Part shown: one piece after another, positions 37,361-51,765 of the stretch
Numbering within the stretch: the first letter of the stretch is position 1
Layout: each line of letters opens with the position of its first letter
DNA from: Octopus sinensis
Lineage: Eukaryota
Assembly (NCBI RefSeq): GCF_006345805.1
Contig: NC_043000.1
Location: 51,770,001-51,834,000 of the forward strand
Length of the DNA: 64,000 bases
Direction of reading: 5' to 3'
The notes under the pieces: model-generated
Databases searched by the model: none
Told to the model about the DNA's origin: nothing
Seen by the model: only the letters and a program-made list of their open reading frames with translations
Translations under genes and position numbers: made by a program

Positions 37361-38128
37361 ACAATAATCTATAACTCAGGTATAAGTCCACACATTTTGA
37401 GTTTAGGAATTAATTGAATTCCAGTACTTGAGTGGTAATGAGTTATTAAAACTGGAAGACTAAAATATAAATTTGACTCACAAAGGAATTGAACTATAGG
37501 ATATATCTAAATAATGTAAATTACTTAGTCCTGTGCTCTGCCATCTTTGTCATTCCACCATTCAGTAAAATAATGATAAAGTCTCAAAAAAGGTTGAAGT
37601 AGTCACTTGGATTAGATTATGTCGCTAAAACCCTCCAATCTCCGCTACTTTTGATAAGCTTAACCCTCTGCCTCCCCTGTGTACCACATGTGACACACAG
37701 GACATATTCCCCTAGTACCCATGTATCAACCACCAGAGCGACTTGGAACTTTTGAAAGAAAAGCTTTATTTTTCTCATAATGTATTAAACAGACTTGTAA
37801 ACAAGAATGGATGTTTAGGAAAACTTATGAAAATAATTTTGAAAATGTTTTAGAGAATGAATGACAAAGAGGGGAAAGAATTCTACTTTTTAAAAATGCA
37901 TGGATAGATATAGTTTGGAGGCTGTGTGGTGTTGGTCAGCCTTCTAGAAATAGCTGCTAAATCTCCCTCAAGTTATATCTTGCTGTCTTTAAAATGACAT
38001 GTTAGATTATGTGTTCCTAGGCTCCCTGCATTTAATATAAAATGGGATGGCTATGGTTGGAATGCCTTTGTTTATAGGTCTGCTCAGTTGGAGATGATTT
38101 GCCTCTTTTCTAGTGTTTGATTTGAAGT

Positions 38129-38574
38129 GAAATCGAAATCAAATTCGATGACTGGCATCCGTGCTAGTGGAGCGCTAAGAGCGCCATCCGAGTTTGATCG
38201 TTGCCAGAGAAGCTAACTAGCTTCCATGCCGGTGGCACGTAAAAAGCACCATTCAAGCATGATTATTACCAGTGTTGCCTTACTGGCACTTGTGCTGGTG
38301 GCACGTGAAAAAAACATTCGGGCGAGGTGGCACGTAAAAAACACCATTTGAGCGTGGCCGTTCCCAGTACCGCCTGACTGGTCCTCATGCCGGTGGCACG
38401 TAAAAGCACCCACTACTCTCTCAGAGTGGCTGGCATTAAGAAGGGCATCCAGCTGTAGAAACTCTGCCAAATCAAGATTGGAGCCTGGTGCAGCCATCTG
38501 GTTTGCCGGACCTCAGTCAAATTGTCCAACCCATGCTAGCATGGACATTAAACGATGATGATGATGATGATGAT
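38129..38574 (+). mobile_element. Family C retroposon, near full length
   Basis: Head shared with 20627; several ggtggcacgtaaaaagcacc subunits; (GAT)n tail. Confidence 0.85.
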
Positions 38575-39924
38575 TCTAGTTGTGATAAGATTTCAAATAT
38601 ATATATATATAAACTGCTATGTATGCTATGCAACCACTTTGCCATCAGCTTTCTACATCTCAGCTAAAAGCTGAAATTAATAAAGTTAATTTTGCTGGAC
38701 GTCAGGGTTATTATCTTGACTCGTAGCAAATAAATGTAAATGAGGAATTGATATATTCTTTAAAATACCTTTCTTATCATTGTTAAAATTATCATAATTA
38801 CCATTGGTATTCTACAAATATCTTTAGTTATCGTAAATGTAACCTTTATCGAGTTGGATACTGTTGATATCATTTCCTTTCTCCAGACCTAATGCCAACT
38901 GATACTCCTCCAACACCCCTACTCATTCCTCACCATTTCTGCATTGTTTATTAGAATTTTACCATTATGATTATTCATGTTATTACAGCCATCATCATCA
39001 TCATCATCATCATCATTGTCATCATCATCATCATTGTCGTCTTTGTTCTCGGTGGTGTCATCATTCATGCTATTATGGTTATTGATTGCTCTTATCATCT
39101 TTGCTCTCATCATCATCATCATTATCATCTGTTTATTTTCCTTATAAATTATGGTGAGATTACTGTTACTTTTCTTGATAGACTTAATTATGTATTTCAT
39201 CTTGTTGCTGTCTTCTTCTGTGTTATCTTTGCATTGTTAAGAATTCATTTTATAAATTGATGGATGGTTCCAATAATATCAATTGAACTGAAAAATGTGG
39301 GCAAAAAGCAAAAAAACAACCCAAAAATGTTGTAAAGAAAGATTTTTTTCCAATTTAAAGAAATTAACTGAAAATTAACAGTCAAACAAGAAAAAAATAT
39401 ATATATATATTTAAATATATATATTGTACCACAATAATCTACAGCTTCCACTAACATCAACACCACCACCACTACCATCATCACCACCACCGCCATCTCA
39501 ACCAACACTACTACCATCTCTACTGATATCTCTATGACTATTTTGAACTTCTGTCTATTTACCATATTTCTGTGATGTATGTGATAGTGGCTACCTTTTA
39601 ATTTTGTCCTGTGTGTAGATAATTTTTTTCTGAAAATTCTAGATTTCTTTTTTTCCCTTTCATTTGTTATAGTTTGATAAAAAATTCAGCAAATTTTCAC
39701 GAATATTTCTTACAAATATTTCGGCTGTTATTGTTTATCCCTGGGTCAACTTACATTGATGCAAAGGATGTTTAAGTATCAGTCTATCTGTTTTTGTTTT
39801 TAATAGATATTTTTGGTGGTGCCATTTTGAGAGAGAGAGAGAGATTTACTGCTTTTTTTTTACCAGTCAGACACCAACTCTGCATAGCTTTCTTTGTTGA
39901 CTTGGTAGACTTTTCCTTTTGATC

Positions 39925-40215
39925 ATCATCATTATCATCATTTAACATCTGTTTTCCATGCTCACATGGATTTGATGGTTTGACTGAAGCTAGTAAGCCA
40001 GAGAACTTCACCAGGCTTCTGTCATTGGCTTTGGCTTGGTTTTCATAGTTCAATGCCCTTTCTTAAGCCAACCACTTTACAGAGTGTATTGGGTGTTTTT
40101 TATATGTCACTGGCATGGGTGCTTTTACATGTCACCAACACAGGTGCCCTTAACATGTCACCAGTACTGGTGCTTTTAATGAATCTCTGGCACAGGTGTC
40201 TTTTACATGCCATAA
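39925..40215 (-). mobile_element. Family C retroposon, diverged
   Basis: catcatttaacatctgttttccatgc...gcccttcttaagccaaccactttacagagtg...gtgcttttacatgtcacc. Confidence 0.7.
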
Positions 40216-40324
40216 GCATGGGTGCCTTTTGTTCATATTACAGTTCTTCTTTACTGGGATGCAGAATGTCTTCACTTACAAAAACCATGTCTGTGGTCAA
40301 GTTTCAACTTCCATTTCACTTTAA

Positions 40325-40545
40325 CCCTTTCATTACCGTATTTATTTTGAGATGCTTTGTGTTTCTTTCAAATATTTTAAATATAACAAAGAATTTAGTA
40401 AAATAACTTAGTTATCATTAAGTTAGTGTTAGGAACATAAATTGTGACTATGGTTTGGTGGAAGATTTTAATTCAAAACTTATGAAAACAAGACATTTGT
40501 ATTACAGAGCCAGAGCTGGTTTCAGCCGGGTTGGTAACGGAAGAG
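40325..40545. mobile_element. piggyBac-type MITE, family P1 (inverted relative to 4479-4683)
   Basis: TTAA|ccctttcattacc ... ggtaacggaagag|TTAA; the body is the reverse complement of the 4.5-kb copy. Confidence 0.8.
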
Positions 40546-43195
40546 TTAAGATGTTATTGCTCTTTGAAAAGGAATAAATGCATCAAAATCACTTATTTTC
40601 TCTATCTGCTTTTGTATTGTAATGGTCTTGCTCAATGTTTTCTTGCTAATTTAACATTCAGATGTTTATTCAACTTTAAGGTAATTCTCAGGCAAAAACA
40701 ACACAATGTTTTGTGGTAAGGTTTGTCCTTTAGAATTATCGGTACAGTCTATTTGTTAGTTGTCATTTACCCAATTTCATAGAGTTGTCATTTACTCAAT
40801 TTCACTCACAAGTTTTGAAGTCTGCCTTGAAGTTATTCTAGATGCCCCTGCAGTGGGATTGAACTTGAAACTACTTAGTTCTGAAGTGAATTTTTAACTA
40901 TACAGCCAAATTTGAATCCTGATTTCAATATTTAGTGTATTAATTTGTTAACATGCTGGGAAAAATACTTATCTGTATTTCATCTGTCTTTATGTTCTGA
41001 GCTGAAATTCTACCAAGGTCGATTTCATCTGTAATCCTTTCAGGGTCATTAAAAATAAGTATGAGCTGAACACTAGGGTCGATGTAATCGACTCAGCCCG
41101 CCTAAATAGCTGGCCTTTTGTCAAAATTTGAAAATATTTAGTGTATAACATTATTTCGTTTCATACTTCAGAGTTCAAATCATACTGGGAGGGGTGAGTT
41201 TACTTCTTATCTTTCTGTTTAAAATACAGGTATTTGTAATATACTGCAGTCAATTTAATCACACCTCAAGAAACAAAACTACATTCTACAATTACAAGGA
41301 AAAAAGGGGGGGGGGAATCAAGTTTTTGTCTTGTGTGAGAATGAAACTGTGCTTTCTCCTTTTATAGGGTGATCTAAGAAAATGGGGATTCATGCCTAAG
41401 AAAAGAAATCAATAATCTAATCCTTTCATCGTTTATGTTATTGTTATTTTAGCTAAAATATGCTACCACATGAAAGGAATTATATATTACATCATGAAAC
41501 TGCAGTAGCAAACCTAATGTTTCAGGCAAATATATTAATGGCAAACCTAATGTATTACCATCTAGCAAAGCTGTTGTATTAAAGCATTGTTAGTGGTTGT
41601 AGTTGTGGTGGTGGTGGTGATGGTGAGGAAATATTGAATTAATAGCGAGAAGAAAATATCCTGTTGAGCTATATAGATAAACAGTTTTCATTTTTGGTCG
41701 TTGTTTTTCTTTCTTATCAAAATTATAAGAGTAAAACAGACCAAAAACAAAAATAATAATAATAATAATAAAAAAAGAAAAAGCAACTTATACGTACAAG
41801 CAACACAAGAACACACACATTGTTGTGGGATGAGGAAGAAAGTGTATTGCCGTGTATTTCCACCTAGAAATAATTACTAGTGCTGATATGAAATGGATTT
41901 GAAATATGAAAATACTTTGTTTATTAATAATACATGGAAATATAATGCTTTATTAATGATTAAAGAGAAAAAAAAAAGAAGCCAAAACTGTTTTAATATT
42001 TGAAAACTATGATTCATTATACATTGGAAAAATACCTTGGATTTTTATGAAATAACAAATTCTAAAACTATTGCAAAATATTTGTGCTAAACCATAGAAA
42101 ACAGAACACAGTGTACTATTTCTCAAAATGGAACATCAAAGATTCTACACTACCAACAGGAAAATGTTACCAATATCAAATGTGGAATGTTACCAACAGG
42201 AAGTGCTGTATAAACTAAATTTGAAAATGAAAAAGATATATTACTAACATAAAAATATGGTACTTCTTAAATAGGAAACTTGAGATACTACCAACATGTT
42301 GAACCTCGGTTCAGTATCAGCAGTAATTGTTATGTTACTAATAGCAATTAAAAAACTATCAGTTGGAATCATGGTGCAATGTTCCTTACCAAGAAGTGTT
42401 ATGTTATATGAACTGCAACTACAGCATGTTACTCACAAATTTTGATATATAATTAGCATGGAGCATGGCTTATTACAAATGTGATGAAAGAGCAGGAAAT
42501 TTATATTGCAAACAGGAACCAGTTTCTATAAAAGAAAAAAAATATCAAATATATATATGTCTGTGTATACACTGCCAAAAAAAAAGAAAAAAAAACAAGA
42601 GTTAAAATATAATGACAGTAGCATTTTAGTGGCTTTATGAATAAAATATACAGATATATTTAGCCCTTTGCACACAGATGGACACAAACACATAAGTATA
42701 ACAAGTACCTGGACTATTATTATTGAAAATATTACTAAAGAGGTGAACAAACCTATTCATGAGAGTATAACAACCATCATCTTGGTATGAACCTCCTCAT
42801 AAGACAGAAAATCTTTGATGCAAAGTTTTTAAAATATAAGCTTCCAATACTTTAGAGTATTTCAGCCCAGTTGTGGATCACAGAGAGACATCAAACAATT
42901 TGTTTCCATTTTTCTTTAAACTCAGGATTACTTATCAAAAAGCAAAAAAAAATTTCATCTGTACATAATGTTTCACTAATTGATATGATGCTGTTGGTGA
43001 AAGTTCACGCTTTCATTAGAAGACTTTAGTTATGGATAGGTAGAATGCTACAGTGTCAAACTAAGTCAATTTGCAGCTTTATTTTTTTCTTTTTCATCGC
43101 TAATTCTGCTGAGCCATTCTATTATGAATGTATTGTTGTTTTGTAATACAAGAAAAGTATTTTTGTTCCAATTGTAATTGGATCCTGAATATGCT

Positions 43196-43486
43196 TACTC
43201 TTTTACTTGTTTCAATCATGTGACTGTGGCCATGCTGGAGCACCACCTTTAGTCAAGCAAATCGACCCCAAGACTTATTCTTTGGAAGCCTAGTACTTAT
43301 TCTATCAGTCTCTTTTTGCTGAACTGCTAAGTTATGGAGATGTAAACACACCAGCATCAGTTCTCAAGCGATGTTGGAGGGGACAAACACAGACACACAA
43401 ACACACATACATATATATATATACATATACATATATACGACAGGCTTCTTTCAGTTTCTGTCTACCAAATCCACTCACAAGGCTTG
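43196..43486 (-). mobile_element. SINE family B, 5'-truncated
   Basis: tactcttttacttgtttcaatcatg...ccactcacaaggctt is the reverse complement of the family B 3' two-thirds. Confidence 0.85.
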
Positions 43487-44048
43487 CTAACTATTCCTAA
43501 ATTAGTTTCCATGGGGTTAATTAACTTGCATTTGGTATTACCAGAAATATTAAATTTGTGTTCTCTAACTGTAATGCATGGTATGTATGGAGGTAAATAT
43601 TCTCCACTGTGATCTGACATGAGGATAATATCTTGAATTTTCCCGAAGCTGACTCTTTACCAACTCATAAAAAAAAAACTTGATTTAAAGGCCCTAGTTC
43701 TTCATTTGTTAAATATCTCTTCTTGTTCTAAAATCAGATTTATTTACATGAATTCCTGGGGTACATCATCATCTTTATTGAAATTATATGCACACCATCA
43801 AAAATGCTTCCAGGTCTTTCTGTTTTGGAGGACATTTCCTTGTTCTTAATCCAAACTTGTTATCTGTATGCGTTTGATATGTATGCTTGGTTGTTTGTGC
43901 TGTTTGTGTTCAAAGGAGTTGGCTCAGTATTGACTTGCCTGGAGAGCATCCAACCATAGAAAACCTACCTCAATAAATTTTATCTTACCCATGCAGGCAT
44001 TAAAAATGGGCAATAATATGATGAAGTGCACACATACACACACGCACT

Positions 44049-44083
<35 letters not shown>

Positions 44084-44754
44084 GAATATATGTACACATC
44101 GGATGTGTATGTATATATGTATATACATTTATGTATATGCACGTTTGTGTTCTTAGACATCTGTTTGTGTGTGTATATATGTATGTGTGTATATATATGT
44201 ATGTATGTATGTATGAAAACCAATTGTTGACAGACTTTGTACTAAGGCAATCTGTCTTTCAGGAAGCCGTATATCTCTAAAGAACTTTTTCCACTCCATC
44301 CCCACCACTCTAGTCACTATTGTTCAAGAATTCAAATTGAATATTAACTGCAATGCATTTACCTAGTAATCATTCACTGACAAATGTAGGAGTGCCTAAG
44401 GAATCTATAAACATTGCCCTCTGTTCTCAAACTAATACAGAAAAACATTTGATTAAGACATCAGTTAAAATTAACGTCTTTCATTTTCTTTCTTTCTGTT
44501 TTTTTTTTGATAAGTCTATTTGGTTACTGTTTTAATTTTTGTTTGTTCCAAATTTAAATAAACATAGCATGAACTTGGTAGGTGGAGACATGAAAAACAA
44601 ATACAAAATCCTTTCTGTGATTGATATCGTCTTTTTCTTTCAACACAACAAAGAGTTGTTATTCAGTTAAAAGACTGATAAGTGAGGTGTGTAATTGCTT
44701 AAAACCATCTGTAAAGTGTATAAATCACTCTAGCAATTTTATAATAATAATAAC

Positions 44755-44787
<33 letters not shown>

Positions 44788-45375
44788 AATAATATTTTGT
44801 TAGATTTACCAATTCTTAATGTTATTTATTCAACTGTTATTAGTACTCTGATTCATAGCTGAATTACTTTGGGAAATGGGAGGGAAAAGAAACTCAGCTA
44901 TATCACGCCTACATACATATATTCACTTCTGTATTATTTCTTTGTAAATATAAATTTTGTGGCTCCTTTCACGAAAGAGTTCTTCTATAAGCTTCAGAAT
45001 ATTGCATGAAATATCATTTTTAACACAATGTCATTGTTAATGAGCTAACTTCTAAATATACAACAAAACCTATTTTCAAAAAGAAAACAGTAATCTATTC
45101 AGATTAAACTATCAAATTAAACTGCTTAGTTCTCTATAATAATTATTTTGCAAATCATAAAGGATTGATGGAACTGTTGTTCAAGTGTGGATGTTATAGT
45201 TTTTTCCCGTTTATAAAGTGGTAGACTTTCACAGATAACCATCTTAGAAAGTGCTGCCATGTATTCCTCTCGCTTATATGAAATGTGTCTATGTGTAATT
45301 ATACCTTGCCTAGAAGCTAAAAATATTTTCTAACTCATCTACGTAATATCCTTTTGAATTTTCAATTAGTAATGA

Positions 45376-45664
45376 ATGCTGGCACCACATAAAAAGCATC
45401 CAGTGACACCCTATAGAGTAGTTAGCATTTGGAACTATATCCAGCTGTTAAAAATCATGCCAAAACTGACCTCCTTGTGCTGGTGTCACGAAAAATGTAC
45501 TCAGTCCACTCTGCAAAGTGGTTGGTGTTAGGAAGGGCATCCAGCTGTAAAAAGCATGCCCAAATAGACACTGAAGCCTGCTGCAGTCTTCTACCCAGAC
45601 ATCTACTGTCAAACCATCCAACCCATGCCAGCATGAAATGTGGACATTAAATGATGATGATGAT
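45376..45664 (+). mobile_element. Family C retroposon, diverged
   Basis: gttaggaagggcatccagc...ccaacccatgccagcatg...ggacattaaatgatgatgatgatg. Confidence 0.75.
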
Positions 45665-48600
45665 GTTATATAAAGACTGTGTTAGTTTGTAGTTGGAGAG
45701 TTCTATTTGGCTATAATGTGAACAAACTGTTGTCACATGGATTAAATTCAACAGTTATCTTAAAATAACTAAAAATGTTGTACCTTAGGATTTTCTTGTT
45801 TAGACCGCTTTAGTCAGAAATAAAGACTATTACATTCTCTACCATTGGACAATGCCCACATCTTTTTACACAGGGATTAATTATTATCCCCAATGATACT
45901 TCACTATTTTAGACATTACAAACATATATGTTTAGAATGTTATATAGGCATCTGGTCCAAAATAAATATTCAGGTGTATTACCAAATGGTTTGTAATTGT
46001 ATTTTAATTATGTATGTTATGAAGTCCTCAAGTTGAAAATAGTAAATTTAGGCCTTATGTGAGGAACTTATTCTACAAAATAACCACAAAATGAAAAATA
46101 GCACTGTTTCTTAAAACATGTATATTAGAATAAGAAAATAAAAGAATGCTGTTAACTTCTGTTACTTTTTACATTAATTTAGAATGTCCCAATTTACATT
46201 CGTTACATTGTCAACAGTCCATTTATATTATTAATATCATTATTGAGAGTCACAACTGACTGACTTTTTAGAATTCCAGTCAAGTGTTGACAGTTCAAAT
46301 CCTTGCACTTGTACTACAAATCTTTGTACTTGTTTCTGAGATAACCCAATCCACATAGAAGATAGTTCTCATAACTACAAGCACCAGGAGCACTATGTAA
46401 TTAACAAATGATTAATTAACTTCGCAGATTGCTGAATTTAAGAATTTTATTGATAGACGTACCTTGTGGTAGACCTATCCACAGATAGAAATGTGTCTCT
46501 ACCACTGAACACTTTAAACTGAGACAATTTTTAGCACATATGGCTCAATATTTTTGGATACTTTTCAGATGCAAGTATATTCATTCTAAGATGTCCCTCC
46601 TTATCAAAGAAACAACTTGAGGAAATTAAGTTCAGTCAAAATTTTCCCCAGCCCTTTAATGATAATGTATTATAATTAATAGTAATAATAATTATTGTTT
46701 TAAGTCTGCATATGTTTGATATTTTTTTAAGTTGGTTCTTCCAAATTATAACAATACGTTAGGATAATTTTTTAGTAGTTTATCTGAAGACCAACGGCAT
46801 TGTCCAATAGCTGTATAAGTGTAATAAAACTTAGAATGGAAGAAACTAAGTTAGAAAATGAAGAATATTTGTTAGAAATACTAAATGTTATCTTTCATAT
46901 CTATCGTAAATTACAGATATCATTCTATCAAATTATATGAGACAACTAGCTTAAGAGTGAACACTTTAAATCTTACTTCAATGCTGTATTTATTACTACA
47001 ATTCAAATACTGAACTCTCACTGATTCAATCCACTTTAGTGTAAATAGTAACCATGAGTATGCAAAACTCACTGATGTATTCATTGACCTGTAAATATAT
47101 TAAATGAGTCAGGACAGTTCACTACTGTAAGCAATAAGAGCACAACATAATTAATTAGCATTGTGTTAGTTTGCAATTGAGTTCAAGTCCTGCAATGACA
47201 CTGGAGCAGTATGAATAGAAAATTATTTTAATGTATTTTCCTCCATAGATTATTGAAGAGTACTCACAACAAAATTGTATTTTTAAGAAGTTCTTAAATA
47301 AAATTATAATTTTAATGAACATTCATAAAATTTTAAAAAACATTGTTTAAGAGTTATGCATTTCAAGAATTCTCATGAGATTATAAAGTTAAGAAGAATT
47401 AAAATAGTAGTGTACAAAATCTTCTCGTATTTCTTTTTTCTTTTTTCTCAAATCCCAAGTATATTCACAAAATTATATGCTGAAATAGTACTCCTTGAAA
47501 TTAACTTTCTACTCATTTATATTATTAACGATACGCTTTTATTTGTAAATTTTTATTGAATTTATTAATCTTTTATTCATTTTATAAAAACGATAAAGAA
47601 AAACAAAAGCTCAGAATACTTTTGAATTTTTCTATTATTCATAGACTGTTTAGCTTATGACCTTAGAATTAATTATCATCAACAGAAGTGTGTGTGTACA
47701 CATACACATAGCTTCTGTGTGAAACCAGGTGTTGGAGAAGATATTGTTATTCTTTGAAAAGGTCATTTGCTCAATAAAAATAAATGCACTTGTAGTGTGT
47801 GTATTTTAGCAAACACATTACAAGTGTTGTAGTTGACTTCATTATTGTTACTGTTAATTTATTATAATTGATAATTCAATTATTGACAAGTTATTTTGGT
47901 TTGTTAAAAAATTTATTGTCACACATCTGTAACCTTCTCAATAATTTGAATTTTCATTTCCCAACGGATTTTTCTAACTTGTGTTTGCTAGCTGCATATT
48001 GCCAAGTGTCATGTAGTATCAAGTGTGTGTGTTTCTGTGTGTGTGTGTGTGTGTGTGAGCCATACATAGGGTGACATACAGAAAACAAACATAAATCAGT
48101 TTTATAACGAGAAATTAAATCAAGGAGGCCTCAGATGTATAATGAAAAATATTTGAAAAATATTTAGCCAAGTTAGTCAATAAATAATTAATTAACAGAC
48201 AAGTTAATAGTAACAAGAAAGAGTCCACTGCCACCAGTGCTTGAGTTCTTATTGGCAGAGAACCTACCTAAATAAAATACAACAAAATATATAGATTGAA
48301 TAAAATGTACATTGTTGTTTGAACCCACCCGCCTTTTTATTGCAGATGATTAAGACTCAGAACTTAGGCAAGTAGAGAGATCCTAGAAAAGGGCTGCCAG
48401 ACCAGCTGCTGATTCAGTCCTGTAGATAACAATCTTATGGCCTGAACTTCCAGTGTGCACATTTGCAACTGCATCACTGATGTAATCTCTCTCACTAATA
48501 TGCAACTCCCCCGTCACCACAGAACATTTTCAAAATTTGGGGTTGCACTGGCTTTGGATTATAGCCACAGAGTTGCTCTCTATTATCTTCCAAGTCAAAG

Positions 48601-48878
48601 CAAGGCCAAGATGGTTAGTGTGAAGGTACCAGGGATGTAGTGGAATGACTAGTGCAAATCTATGAGCTTCTCTGTGCTCTGAAGTGCACATACTACAATG
48701 ACATGTCTGCATATCACCTTTCTGTCAATTGAAAGTAATGGCTGGGTTTCATCTGTGCTGTCTGCTGGAAATTTAGTCTTCATATGCATAGGTTGGTAAT
48801 CCCCTGATTAGTGTGAGTCTAAGACTGATCAGCTACCCACAATTTTGCTTAGTTAATATTGTTACCTAGGTGGTGGTA

Positions 48879-49171
48879 CACTGTTGCAGGAAACATGTTT
48901 TCATGCTAAGAGTTGCTGAAGTATGGAACAAACTGCCGGCATCGGTTGTTAGTTGTCGGAGCACTGCATCCTTCAAAACTTCCATGCTTCCTGAGATTCG
49001 CCAACACTACATCTGATTTTCTCCCTTCTATACACATGCAAGCATATATCTGACTCATACACTGTTCACTTCCCAGAAATTTGTACATTACTGCATATGC
49101 TTTATATGCACTTTTGACAAGTTGTGGTGCACCTGCGCACTGTATACAATAATTTCATTATTATTATTATT
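48879..49171 (+). mobile_element. 5'-truncated CR1/L2-clade LINE 3' end
   Basis: 48879-49016 translates HCCRKHVFMLRVAEVWNKLPASVVSCRSTASFKTSMLPEIRQHYI*, matching the CR1/L2 ORF2 C-terminal motif R..FF..RV...WN.LP..VV...S...FK; followed by a 3' UTR and (ATT)n tail. Confidence 0.8.
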
Positions 49172-50199
49172 AAAACAGCTCATGGAACAATATGTGAGAA
49201 CTGAGTTTCAAGTGCAAGCAAGTCATCTTTAAAAGCATTGGTAAAGTGACTGTCAAATGTACTGTCACCTCCCTGACACCTCAAACTCCTTATGTACATG
49301 TGTATGTGTGTGATTAAGAAATTTACTTTACAGTCATGTTGTTTTGGGTTCAATCTCATGGTATGGCATCTTAGGCAAGTGTCTTCTTCTATAGCCCCTT
49401 GTTAACAATTATCTTGTAAGTGAAATTTGGTACTCGGAAACTGTTTGGAAAGCTGTCATCTGTGTGTGTGTGTGTGTACATACATGCAAGTAAGGGTTAT
49501 TGGCAGGAAGGCTATTTAGCTACAGAATAATGCTTCAAGAAGTCTTGTCCAACCCATAACAGCTAAAAGAAAGTAGATGTAAAATAGTCGAACAGTTAAT
49601 TATGATACAAGCACACATATACACACATATAATGTGATTTATGTGTGTGTATACATATACAGTAACCTTTTCTGACTAGACAAAGTCATTAACATCTGGC
49701 CATATGGTATACAAATGTGTATGTATCTATATATACATATAATCTTATATGCATATATCTCTTCTCACATACATGCACAGAATCATACATACAATCAAAA
49801 TCAGAAGAAAAAAAAAAGAGAAAATTCTCTGATTATTGAATATTTTGTATGGTGTGGTTCATTTTGGTTAATTTGTCTAAACTCTCTGGCTCCAGTATGA
49901 CAATGAAATATGGCCAAACATCAACTACAAAACAACATTGCAAATGGGATATAAAATAGGTAGGCAGACAAAAGATAGACATCAGTATTCTTGTTTAATA
50001 AGTGTTTTATCTGTATGTGTCTTCATGAATGACTGTATTCATGTGTATGTGTGTGAAAAACAAATGTAGAATAAAAATGAAGGAGAGAAAATAATGAGGG
50101 CTAGGGGATTATTTGTTTATGTGCATGTGTTATTCTTTTCTTTTTTTTTTTGCTGTTTGGGAATGGGCATTTGTATATGTATTTATTTATATGTACATA

Positions 50200-50285
50200 T
50201 CTGCATGGGTATATATGTGTATATGCATATATATGTGTATGTGGAGGTATATATATATATGTTTACACAGATATGTCTGTCTGTA

Positions 50286-50339
<54 letters not shown>

Positions 50340-50359
50340 TACACACATATGTATGTCTG

Positions 50360-50399
<40 letters not shown>

Positions 50400-50587
50400 A
50401 TGTATATGTACATACATATTAGTGTGTATTTATATATATACATATATACATGTATAATGCAATACACATACATATGGCTATATACAAAATGCTTCCATGT
50501 ACTTGAATGTAGAATATTTATAATTGCCTATTAGCATATGTGTGCACATGTAATACACACTTATATAAATATAAATATATATATCTA

Positions 50588-50631
<44 letters not shown>

Positions 50632-50660
50632 ATATATATACATACACACAAACACATATA
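50200..50660. repeat. Degenerate (TA)n/(TG)n microsatellite cluster
   Basis: Directly visible; source of the longest pseudo-ORFs (50094-50534 etc.). Confidence 0.95.
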
Positions 50661-51363
50661 TTTGCAATCACTCCAATACACACGAACACAAGATCCAGAT
50701 GTAGTTTGGCAAGTCTTTAGTTTGTAAATGACTCCTTGTGTCTGAAGAAGAAATAACAATAGCCAAATGAGAAAGCATTTCTACTCCAGTATTGTTATCT
50801 CTATTTCTCTCTATGCAGTCATAAAAATGCATCACAAGTTTATATTCATTTCTTTATTTATTGCGTTTTTATTTCATTTTATATATATATATATGCACAC
50901 TGAAGAAATGGCTGTATGTTGTTGTTGTTGGTGGGGTACCGGTCTCTCTAGCATCTGCCTGCTTTTGATAGATGATATCATTACTACTACTACTACTACT
51001 ACTACTATTACACTACTACTACTACTGTTTCTTCTGCTGCTGCATCACTACACATAGTTGTGTATGTAGTAGAGAAGATTAAATTCTAGGAGATATATGT
51101 TGGCAGTCTTCTTCATATTTCTCATTTATATTGAGACCAAGACTTGTCTGTAAACTTTGTTAATGGAGACTTTCATGAGAATTAATTTCATGAAATTTTA
51201 TCACCATCTTCATCATTATGATTGTCTCATCATTATCATCTTCATCATTGCCGTTGTCATGATTGTTGTCAGTATTTTCGTCATCGTCATCATCATCATC
51301 AGTTTTGTCACCACAAAATATATAGTATAATCTTATAAAGTTCATTTAAAAAATGTTTAGACA

Positions 51364-51765
51364 TAGGAGTAGGAGTGGCTGTGTGGTAAGTAGCTTGCTT
51401 ATGAACTACATGGTTCCGGGTTCAGTCCCACTGCGTGTCACCTTGGGCAAGTGTCTTCTCCTATGACCTCAAGCCAACCAAAGCCTTGTGAGTGGATTTG
51501 GGAGACGGAAACTAGAAGAAGCCCGTCGTATGTATATATATATGTGTGTGTGTGTGTGTGTTTGTGTTTCTGTGTTTGTCCCCGCCAGCATCACTTGACA
51601 ACTGATGCTGGTGTGTTTGTGTCCCCGTAACTTAGCTGTTTGGCAAAAGAGACCGATATAATAAGTACTAGGCTTACAAAGAATAAGTCCCGGGGGTCGA
51701 TGTGCTCAACTAAAGGCATTGCTCCAGCATGGCTACAGTCAAATGACTGAAACAAGTAAAGAGTA
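51364..51765 (+). mobile_element. SINE family B, full length
   Basis: Near-identical to 16969-17359. Confidence 0.9.

Noticed and set aside
38896-38955. Strong acceptor tcatttcctttctccag|
   Set aside because: The needed phase gives no Cys or CUB continuation; all frames stop soon and no donor follows.
46569-46620. ttttcag|a tgc aag tat (E-C-K-Y) as the next CUB exon
   Set aside because: In-frame TGA at 46618-46620 and no CUB motif.
48067-48100. tagggtgacatacagaaaac as a mariner TIR
   Set aside because: No matching inverted partner was found.
55-51057. Dozens of track ORFs rich in YI/IY/CV/HT/LS repeats (e.g. 198-494, 7427-7853, 9097-9543, 18465-18750, 28977-29265, 43924-44280, 50094-50720)
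   Set aside because: They are translations of (TA)n, (TG)n, (TATC)n and trinucleotide microsatellites.
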